In this document: piece after piece, positions 16,664 to 24,301 of the stretch
Numbering within the stretch: position 1 is the first letter of the stretch
Layout of the letters: each line of letters starts with the position of its first letter
Assembly: GCF_008065095.1 (NCBI RefSeq)
Contig: NZ_CP042911.1
Location: 6,330,001-6,362,000 of the forward strand
Origin: Gemmata obscuriglobus
GTDB taxonomy: Bacteria; Planctomycetota; Planctomycetia; Gemmatales; Gemmataceae
Length of the DNA stretch: 32,000 bases
Reading direction: 5' to 3'
The notes under the pieces: generated by a model
Told to the model about the DNA's origin: nothing
Seen by the model: only the letters and a program-made list of their open reading frames with translations
Database searches by the model: none
Made by a program: the position numbers and the translations under genes

Positions 16664-17149
16664 GATTGCACCAGCGCGAGGCCTATTGTTCAACAATCGC
16701 AGTTGTGCATCGGAATCGACGTAGCTCGCGGCCGAACCGCCGAAACCCACCGGCTTCTTGGTCCGGCCACACCATCTCGGCGTGACTAGACGCAAGGCGC
16801 CTTGACGCGAGTCTATTAAGGGGAGCAACCGCCTAATGCAAAAAGCCGCACAATCACGAGACCATGCACGATCGATATCGCGCGACCGCGTCTAAATTGC
16901 CTCGTAGCTTTTCGTGACGATGGTAATCTCTCCTGCAGAGTCATTCAACAAGATATTTAAAAACGCCAGTCTATTGAGCTGCAGGACCTGGGTGAAATTA
17001 GCGTTTTCACTTCACGGGAGTTGCAGTCATTTAGCAGGCAATACAAGCGACGCCGCATCGCTCATGCACGGAATAATAAAGAAAATATGACACTATTAAT
17101 GATAAAATACTTATAATTTTAATGCTATCGCATTCGATCCCGCTACGGC

Positions 17150-17262
17150 TCATGGGGCCACCAGAAGGCGTGTAGGTGATGGTGCCATCCGGGTTCGCGG
17201 CCGTGGTGCCGAACAGCCCCTCGGACGCGCCGACCACCGTGAGCGGATCGCGGCCCGGGCCG
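17150..17262 (-). pseudogene. Short remnant of a cadherin-like/VCBS-type repeat gene
   Basis: The minus-frame translation GRDPLTVVGASEGLFGTTAANPDGTITYTPSGGP fits the common '..D.LTV......G.....N.DGTiTYTP' repeat phrase. The frame then degenerates into an AT-rich patch at about 17040-17140. Weak evidence from a single motif. Confidence 0.3.
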
Positions 17263-17537
17263 GCAGTAACCCATCCGATACGGCAGCATGAACGGGATCG
17301 ACGCGAATCGGCACTCAGCCGCCGGGTTACCCGAGCAGGCCGTTGAAGAAGCCACTATCGAAACCCCGAAAACACAATTCTTGGCTACCCACACTTTGCA
17401 CGATTTCGTGTCCGCGATCGGCCAAGAGTTCGCCGGTGGACAGGCGCCGGCCTGTCCAAGGCGGTGCGTCCGCTTGGGATGGAGCCGGCACCGCCGGAGG
17501 CTCCCGACCTGATTGGATAGCTCCGGCGGTCTGCAGT

Positions 17538-18872
17538 TCAGGGCTTCTTCTCTTCGTGGTTGTGCTCGTGCTTCTTCCGATCGGCGTAATACTTCAGTTG
17601 CCCGAATGTGCGGACCTTCTCAGACGTCTTCTTCGCATCGTCCGCGATCTCCTTGACCGAGGCCAGCGCCGTCGCGCTTTCCTTGAGTGCACTGAGGGCC
17701 GCTTCGGATTCCTGTAAACCCGCGAGAGCGAGCCCCTGTGCCGCGGACACCGACAGTTCGGCCGTCAGTTCCTCCTCCGTTGGGGGGATCACCGCGGCGT
17801 CCCCCACCGCCTTGGGGTTCGCGGCCATGACCGCGGCGGCCCGCGGCGCGGCCACCTTCTTCACCATGGACGGTTTGCTCGCCATTTCCTGCAGGTACTC
17901 CAGTGCGACCTTATTCTTCGACTTGTGAATGAGGTCGCCGAGGTGGATCAGGACGGCGTTCTTCGCCCGAAACTCATCCGCCCCAGACCGCTCGCTCTTG
18001 ACGAACTTAATGAGCGGCTCGACGGCCTTCTCGTCGGCGATGAAGCACAGGGTCGTGACGATCTCCGGAAGGTGCTCCTTCTCGGCCGGGTCGTCGAGCA
18101 TCTTCAGCAGCGTCTCGACGGCACCCTTGTACTTGTCCTGGTCTCGGAGCTTGACGGCGATCTCGAACGGGACGCCCTCGGGGTAGTGCCTGCGGACGAA
18201 CTCCTTAACATCCTTCGGATCGGGGAGTGGTTGCTCTGCGGCCACAGCAGCCCCGGCGGTGAGTGCGGCCGGGCCGTTGCGGTACCGGTTGGACTCGGGC
18301 AAGCTCACCACCCGGTGGGTCGAGCCGATGCTCGGGAACATGACCGCATTTGGGTCGTCCGTGCGGTGACTCAGGCCGCAGTTGTGCCCGTACTCGTGGA
18401 CCCACAGGATGCCTTCGAGGGCCGGGGTGAACCGGACGGCCCCGATGTTCACGACCGGACTGCCCACCGGGGCGCACCCGATAATCGATCCGCCCGGCCC
18501 GCCGCAGAAGTTGATGGCGCGGACGATCTTAACCCCGCTTGGGGCGTTGAACAGGGCGTTCAACTGGGCCTGCGTTTGGATGACGGCGGCGACGTTTGCC
18601 GGGAGCAGTTGGACGCTCCCGTCACGGACGAACGTGACGGGCGTGGTGACGTCCTTGCTCGTGTCCTTCGTCTGGAGGACGTTGCCCATGCTGGCCAGGG
18701 CCGCATCGGCCTCGGCGTTCGTGAGCGAGACCGACTTGTGGCGGAACACCTTGACCTTGACGGCTTTGGCCGCTTCTGCACCGTCCTTGGTTACGCCCCC
18801 GGCCCCGCCGACGGCGACGGCCCCGCAGGCCATCAGGGCGAACGCGACCCCGGCACGATACTGGCATCTCAT
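17538..18872 (-). CDS. Secreted metzincin-type zinc metallopeptidase with a C-terminal HEAT-like helical region
   Basis: ATG 18872 gives MRCQYRAGVAFALMACGAVAVGG, which is signal-like. HEYGHNCGLSH matches HExxHxxGxxH, followed by a Met-turn-like AVMFP. The C-terminal ~230 aa is helical and repeat-like (AVETLLKMLDDP...AVEPLIKFV) and ends in KKHEHNHEEKKP. Confidence 0.8.
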   Translation of the reverse strand: MRCQYRAGVAFALMACGAVAVGGAGGVTKDGAEAAKAVKVKVFRHKSVSLTNAEADAALASMGNVLQTKDTSKDVTTPVTFVRDGSVQLLPANVAAVIQTQAQLNALFNAPSGVKIVRAINFCGGPGGSIIGCAPVGSPVVNIGAVRFTPALEGILWVHEYGHNCGLSHRTDDPNAVMFPSIGSTHRVVSLPESNRYRNGPAALTAGAAVAAEQPLPDPKDVKEFVRRHYPEGVPFEIAVKLRDQDKYKGAVETLLKMLDDPAEKEHLPEIVTTLCFIADEKAVEPLIKFVKSERSGADEFRAKNAVLIHLGDLIHKSKNKVALEYLQEMASKPSMVKKVAAPRAAAVMAANPKAVGDAAVIPPTEEELTAELSVSAAQGLALAGLQESEAALSALKESATALASVKEIADDAKKTSEKVRTFGQLKYYADRKKHEHNHEEKKP

Positions 18873-19368
18873 CACGGCACTCCTTACGAAATGGGAGAGG
18901 CACGGTCCTCCGACCCCGCATGGGGCAGGCTGTATTGAGGGACGCAACGCCGCGTCCAGACATGGTGGCTTAGGCAATCAGCCAAATCGCAGTTGCCATT
19001 CCGCAGACGCCGACGGCTCAGCCGCTGACGCATTTACGGTCTGCGTTCGCCTCACTGAACCTAACAATGGGGTCTATCACCGTTTGTTCGCCTCCCGGCT
19101 TCCACCGAGGACGAGTGTGAAGTCCGAAATGGCGGTTAATGTGGTGACGGTTGACGAGTTGCTTTCCCTGCGGGGCTCGACTACGTGCTGGACAGACTCG
19201 TCTGCTCTCAAAGGCCAGACATTTTACCTGCTGAAATGACCTGCCGACAATCAGGCGACTGCCCAGGAAGGAAGGTCTCGTGGGCAGTGACGCAAGCCGT
19301 GAAAGGTGCTGGGTGAGCGACCGCGAGTTCAGGCTCAGGCCGAGTTGGTAACGTATCCTTCGCTGCAG

Positions 19369-19397
19369 AACCCCAGCCCCTTCCATGGGCTGGGGTT
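19369..19397 (-). terminator. 11-bp hairpin about 100 nt downstream of the DUF1559 gene (putative operon terminator)
   Basis: aaccccagccc / loop cttccat / gggctggggtt. On the minus strand it is followed by TTCTGC. The function is inferred. Confidence 0.4.
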
Positions 19398-19496
19398 GCG
19401 ATTTGCCGGCTACAGCCGTCACCGATCCGACCACGCACCCGTCGCCGGACGAGCACGATCCCGTTCTCCGTCAGGCACAAGATGGGGGGGAGAGGC

Positions 19497-20501
19497 TTAC
19501 TCTTCACTCGCGACCACCTCGCCCCCGCTTCGGGTGCCAAGCGCACGCCAAGTCTCGAACGCGATCGAGTCCCGGACGAACCGCACGGAGCCGTCGGCGA
19601 AGCACACGTTCACACCGCCGCTGTGGTAGCTGCGCGCGGCGAGGTGGAATTGGTCCGCGCTCTCGATCATGCAATCTCGACCAGTATAGTTTGGCAAAAA
19701 AGTGTGCGTGTACAGGGCGGTCTGCGGGGCGCCGCGATAGAACTGTAACCCGGTGATGTTCTCGGTTTTCACGGCCGTGTTACAGAACGAAACGAGCGAA
19801 GCGGAAGGGGTTCTGTTATTGGGGTTCGTTGCCGGGTTCCCCACTCCCCACACGGGAAGGGGAACAAGAGTCACGTCGAATCGGTTGTGATCCGGGCTCG
19901 CGCCCCGTACAACTTCGGCGAATAGAACCGTGTTGCTCGTCCCGTCCGTGATTCCGGCCAAAGAGATCCGAAAGGCATTCCCGAACACCCCCGCGAGCGA
20001 TGGGGGCTTGATCACAGTTCCGCGACTGTCCTGCCACCACCCATGCGCGCCCGCATTGCCAAAGTAGTTGCTCCGTCCGGACTGTCCTGCCGTAACACCG
20101 AACGGTGAGTTTTGATCAACGTACATTCCATTTGATGGATCGGCCGGGCAAAGGTAAATCGGCACATCGCCAACGCGGCCAGTGTAATTATCCGGATGTG
20201 AGAAAACGTTCCGCAGCAAATCAAACCGTTGAAACCGCGCGTCCTGTTCGACGTACTGGAGGAGTTGGAGTTGAACGGAGGCGTAGGCAGGTGGACCCGT
20301 GGCCCCGGCTGGGAACGTACCGACCGCTGCTGTAAAGTTGTGCGCAGCCTTGCCCATTTGAGCCAAGTTGCTGGCACACTGGATCCGGGCAGCTGCCCCT
20401 CGCACCTTCTGGACGGCGGGAAGGAGCAGCCCGATGAGGACCGCAATGATCGCGATCACCACCAGTAATTCAATGAGCGTGAACGCGCCACGGGATCTCA
20501 T
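19497..20501 (-). CDS. DUF1559-type protein with prepilin-like N-terminal methylation motif and H-X9-DG motif
   Basis: [34 protein letters not shown] is a type IV pilin-like leader. The C-terminal part has [17 protein letters not shown], which is H-X9-DG. This family is hugely expanded in Planctomycetes. A TTG at 20507 is an alternative start. Confidence 0.9.
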   Translation of the reverse strand: MRSRGAFTLIELLVVIAIIAVLIGLLLPAVQKVRGAAARIQCASNLAQMGKAAHNFTAAVGTFPAGATGPPAYASVQLQLLQYVEQDARFQRFDLLRNVFSHPDNYTGRVGDVPIYLCPADPSNGMYVDQNSPFGVTAGQSGRSNYFGNAGAHGWWQDSRGTVIKPPSLAGVFGNAFRISLAGITDGTSNTVLFAEVVRGASPDHNRFDVTLVPLPVWGVGNPATNPNNRTPSASLVSFCNTAVKTENITGLQFYRGAPQTALYTHTFLPNYTGRDCMIESADQFHLAARSYHSGGVNVCFADGSVRFVRDSIAFETWRALGTRSGGEVVASEE

Positions 20502-20576
20502 AGTCAAGCACCTTTGGCAACCAAAAGCATCGCTCCAACCCTCAACGCATCTCGGCGCCCAATAATTTATTTATTG

Positions 20577-21212
20577 TCACATTGTCGATATGTTTCGCGG
20601 CGTAGCCGTATCTACATTAGAATCCAATGCATTCAGCACGTAATTATGACTTCCACTGTCGAGCGAAGGAAACACCGCGATCCAGAAGCTATTAGACAGG
20701 CTACTGAACAATGATTCAGCAAGAATTGTCCTACCCCCCTCCGCCAGCCAGACAGACACAGCATCGTGTGAGAGCGGACCATAGGCCACGAAGTAATCCC
20801 TTTCATCCGATATGTCGGCATTTGGAGCGGGATACTCGAATTCAATGAACTTTTCGCCCCATAGACCGTTGGACTCAAACTGGACCTGCTTAACCAACTC
20901 AATACCGTTCTGAGCATTGACTTTACTCAAGTACAAAGTGTGGACACCGCTTGAAATCCTCCTCTCATCATCACCAAACAGTGTAAAATAGTACCGATTC
21001 CCGTCGCCATCTGTGTACATCCAGGCTGCAGTACCCGGGATTGCCTTCTGCTCCCTGGGCGGCGCATCGAGCGTCGCGACGATGCCGACGATGTCCGGTT
21101 CGTCTCGAATCCGTACGGCCGATATGAACAAACCCGGCACACGCCTGTCACGCCCTCCGTTGGGCCGATCATCTCGGTTGCATACGGTCGGATGTTTAAC
21201 TTCGATCGGCAT
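20577..21212 (-). CDS. Hypothetical protein, lower-G+C orphan with no recognisable motif
   Basis: A 211-codon ORF in a visibly A/T-richer stretch. AAGGAG (21221-21226) lies 8 nt upstream of the ATG. No signal peptide is apparent. It sits between the kinase and DUF1559 genes on the same strand. Confidence 0.65.
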   Translation of the reverse strand: MPIEVKHPTVCNRDDRPNGGRDRRVPGLFISAVRIRDEPDIVGIVATLDAPPREQKAIPGTAAWMYTDGDGNRYYFTLFGDDERRISSGVHTLYLSKVNAQNGIELVKQVQFESNGLWGEKFIEFEYPAPNADISDERDYFVAYGPLSHDAVSVWLAEGGRTILAESLFSSLSNSFWIAVFPSLDSGSHNYVLNALDSNVDTATPRNISTM

Positions 21213-21244
21213 TCTCGGTTCTCCTTACTACTTGGAACTACTCA

Positions 21245-23374
21245 CTACTTCTTGCCAAGCGGCGTCACCGTGACCCGGTCGAAGAATGCGGACGCCCTCA
21301 CCACATACAGGCCCAATCCACCGCGGGGCACGAAGTTGGGCCTCAGGTCGCGCACGAACGGGTTGTCACGGTGCCGTTCGGCCCTTCGGATGAGGTCTGT
21401 GGCGGTGGATAAGTTCAGATCCCAATCACGAACGGCAATCGAGAACTTCTGGCCGTCCCATTCCGTGATGAGTTCATCGGGGCCGACGGTGACCTCAATG
21501 TTGTGCCATTCGCCTCGTGTCTCGTCTTCCAATTTCGACCCCACCGGCCCGAGCCCTTTCACGTCCAGCGCCGGCGGGACGTCCGGCTCGGAAAGCAACA
21601 CCGGGTTCATCGTCACCTGTTTCGTCGGCACCAGGGTCCGATGCGATCCGTTCGGTCGGACGACCTCCACTTTGGGTGGCGCGGACACGTCGTCGAAGGA
21701 GACCCGGGTCAGCACGTGGATGTCGCTACCTCCACCGGGGTGGGCACACCGCCCGACGTAAAGCCCCACCGAGGGCGCGCCGCCAAGATCACGGGTGTGT
21801 TTCACGCGGGCCGCGACTCGATACTGACTCATTTGCGGATCGGACAGGAGTTCGAGCAGGGCGACCGATTTCGTTTCGACCTCAAAGTACCCGTCCAGTT
21901 TGGTGTTCGTTCTGCTTGCGGTCTGCCCCATTTTCCACCGGAACCACCTCGGCTTGCCTGTTTCGCCAATCAGGGTGACCGCCTGTCCCGGCGCCGCCCG
22001 CGCCACTTCGGCCTCGATTTCTTTGCGAGTCTCGTCGGTTCCTTCCTCTTGCGGCTGCTCACCCGTGGGCGAGCCCAGGTAAAGCGCGCCCCCGACCGCA
22101 CCGCCAAAGGTAAGAACCACCGCGCCCGCCGCGACCGACCCGCGACGCGCGTTCCGTCGTACCCACCGCATTGCGCGCCGGGCGCGCGTCAGCGGGCGGG
22201 CCTCGGTTGATTCGCCCCGGAGCAGCCGGCCGAGGTCGTCGGCCAGCGCCTGAGCCGACTGGTACCGCCAACTGGGGGGCGCCTCCAAGCACTTCAGACA
22301 AACGGCCTCCAGGTCGGGCGAGATCTGCCTGCGGAGCCGGGACGGCGGAATCACGTTCCCCTCTCGGACCAGGGCGAGGATTGCGTCTTTCGAGTCGGCC
22401 ATGAACGGCGGCACCCCGGTGAGCGTCTCGTACAAGATCGCACCGAGCGCGTACACGTCCGTCCGCTCGCCAATCTCGCTCGTGCGCCCCGCCGCCTGCT
22501 CCGGGGCCATGTAGCTCGCCGTACCCATCACCGCGCCGGTTTCGGTCAGTTGGGCCCCGCTCTCGTCGAGCAGTTTCACCAGACCGAAGTCAGCAATCTT
22601 CATGATGCCGTCGGACCCAATCAGTACGTTCGCCGGCTTGAGATCGCGGTGCACAACTTTTTGCTCGTGGGCGTACGCAACGGCCCCCGCCAGGGTTTGG
22701 ACCTTCTCGGCCGCATCCAGTGGCGCGAGCGAGCCGCCCGCTTTCAGCTTGTCCGCCAGGCTCCCCCCCTCCACCAGTTCCATCGTGAAATAGGGCCGGC
22801 CGTTGTGGTCATCGAAGTGGTGGAACTGAACCACGTTCGGATGCTGCAGCCGCGCCAGGACTTTACCCTCGTTGCAGAACCGCGTGAGCCCATCCGGCCC
22901 CACGGCGAGTATGTCCCGGATTGTCTTCAAAGCGACGACTTGTTTCAGCGGTCGCCGTTCCGCGCGGTACACCACTCCCATCCCGCCACTCCCGATTTCC
23001 TCCAGCAGTGTGTAGCGCCCGAACGTCGTTCCAACCCGAATCTCCCCGGATGACCGGCCCGCCTCCCGATCTTTCGGTTCCGCGTTCAGCGGGTCGGAAC
23101 CGCCCGCGATCATCCCGCCCGCAGCGAGCAGCTCCGAGCCGCCCGTCGATTCGAGCCTCTCGCGCAACCAGGCGTCGAACCCGTTCTTCGCCGCGCCTTC
23201 AATCTCGGCTAGCGCGGCGAGGCAGGCCTCACAAGTCGAGAGGTGGTGGTCGACCGCCTCCAGGTCCGGCTCCGCCAACCGGCCGCTGCTGAACGCGGCC
23301 AACGTTTCCCGATCGGGGCATCGGTCGGGGTCAGCGGGTGTGGCGACTAAAAACATCGCGCGCCTCCGAGTCAA
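21245..23374 (-). CDS. Ser/Thr protein kinase with an N-terminal ZAS-like zinc-finger (anti-sigma-like) segment, one TM helix and an extracytoplasmic C-terminal domain
   Basis: Kinase motifs are present: GSGGMGVVY, ALK, HRDLKPANVLI, DFG, SYMAPE. The N-terminus has HLSTCEAC, which is H-x3-C-x2-C. A hydrophobic segment VAAGAVVLTFGGAVGGALYL is followed by ~270 aa of beta-rich sequence. TTG 23374 overlaps the sigma gene stop; ATG 23356 is an alternative start. Confidence 0.9.
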   Translation of the reverse strand: MTRRRAMFLVATPADPDRCPDRETLAAFSSGRLAEPDLEAVDHHLSTCEACLAALAEIEGAAKNGFDAWLRERLESTGGSELLAAGGMIAGGSDPLNAEPKDREAGRSSGEIRVGTTFGRYTLLEEIGSGGMGVVYRAERRPLKQVVALKTIRDILAVGPDGLTRFCNEGKVLARLQHPNVVQFHHFDDHNGRPYFTMELVEGGSLADKLKAGGSLAPLDAAEKVQTLAGAVAYAHEQKVVHRDLKPANVLIGSDGIMKIADFGLVKLLDESGAQLTETGAVMGTASYMAPEQAAGRTSEIGERTDVYALGAILYETLTGVPPFMADSKDAILALVREGNVIPPSRLRRQISPDLEAVCLKCLEAPPSWRYQSAQALADDLGRLLRGESTEARPLTRARRAMRWVRRNARRGSVAAGAVVLTFGGAVGGALYLGSPTGEQPQEEGTDETRKEIEAEVARAAPGQAVTLIGETGKPRWFRWKMGQTASRTNTKLDGYFEVETKSVALLELLSDPQMSQYRVAARVKHTRDLGGAPSVGLYVGRCAHPGGGSDIHVLTRVSFDDVSAPPKVEVVRPNGSHRTLVPTKQVTMNPVLLSEPDVPPALDVKGLGPVGSKLEDETRGEWHNIEVTVGPDELITEWDGQKFSIAVRDWDLNLSTATDLIRRAERHRDNPFVRDLRPNFVPRGGLGLYVVRASAFFDRVTVTPLGKK

Positions 23375-24033
23375 CCCGCGGCGTCTGATCCCGTGGCAGG
23401 GCGCGGGGCTCCGTCCTCGGGCAGGTCCACCAGTTCGCCGAACTCCTCCAGAAGGCGGTGGAGCACTCGGGACTTCGCGAGGTACACTGAATGCACCCGG
23501 ATACCCAATTCCTGTGCCACATCTTCCGCCCGCTGCCTGTCGATCATGTACCGCCAGAACGCCTGCCGGGTGCGGTCCTTGAACCCGGCCAGGGTCAGCT
23601 CGACCGCCTGACGCAGCACGATCCGCTCTTCGACCGCGTCAGCATCCGCGCCCCCGCCTCGCTCGGGCCGCTCGGGAACGGAGAGGAGCTCTCGCTGCGC
23701 GTCGCTCCCGCCGACGGCCGGGATCTGGCGGGCGTTGCGCCGCCGATGGTCATGGGCCTTGTTCCGGGTGATCATCCGCAGCCAGCCACGCAGCGTGTCT
23801 CCCGGTTGGTCGTGACGGAACCGGTCCATCGCCCGGTCAGCGGCCAGGAACACATCCTGGGACACGTCCTGTGCGTCGTGAGGCCGCAGGCCGTCCTGCT
23901 GGCACCAGTACAGGACCAGGGGCCGGTACAGCGCCTCGAACCGCTCCCACGCGCCGGGGGTCCGCGCGCGCACCCCGGCGAGCAGCGTGGACGAGGTCGT
24001 CTGCCCACTGACGCGAACGCGCCTGTCTATCAC
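23371..24033 (-). CDS. ECF-type RNA polymerase sigma factor (sigma-70 regions 2 and 4)
   Basis: Region 2: YRPLVLYWC...DAQDVSQDVFL...LRGWLRMITRNKAHDHRR. Region 4: RQAFWRYMIDRQRAEDVAQELGIRVHSVYLAKSRVLHRL. GTG start with AGAGG upstream. Confidence 0.9.
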   Translation of the reverse strand: MIDRRVRVSGQTTSSTLLAGVRARTPGAWERFEALYRPLVLYWCQQDGLRPHDAQDVSQDVFLAADRAMDRFRHDQPGDTLRGWLRMITRNKAHDHRRRNARQIPAVGGSDAQRELLSVPERPERGGGADADAVEERIVLRQAVELTLAGFKDRTRQAFWRYMIDRQRAEDVAQELGIRVHSVYLAKSRVLHRLLEEFGELVDLPEDGAPRPATGSDAAG

Positions 24034-24301
24034 GGCTGCCTCTGAAATCGGATATCAGACGGATGAATGGCTGAATTATTTCCTCCGCGCGGCTTTGAAC
24101 GCAAGTGAAAAATTTGCGCAACCGCAGAATCGTATGGGCACAGGCCACTCGGACCGTTTCACGGTTCGGAATTCGGAGGCCGGGTGATAGACCTCGTGTT
24201 CAGGGAAGTGAGCACCCTACCGGCCAGCCCCGCCGCAGGTCCACGCGGCTACCGCGCGGCCGCACCCTGGCGGGCGGTGCCCCTTCTCACAGGTGATCCC
24301 C

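Noticed and set aside
17925-19239. 337-aa and 285-aa plus-strand ORFs opposite the metallopeptidase gene
   Set aside because: Antisense shadow ORFs. The minus frame has a signal peptide and the HExxHxxGxxH motif.
19018-19434. 138-aa minus-strand ORF and a 36-codon plus-strand ORF (19129-19239) between the metallopeptidase and DUF1559 genes
   Set aside because: They have no motifs, mixed composition and no RBS. The region more likely holds the metallopeptidase promoter and the DUF1559 operon terminator.
24034-24292. ECF-type promoter (GGAAC/TGAAC -35 and CGT -10) in the divergent intergenic region
   Set aside because: A TGAAC at about 24097 has its nearest CGT about 30 nt downstream, which is far from the 16-17 nt spacing expected. 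No convincing pair was found on either strand by eye, so a motif search using paralogous loci is needed.
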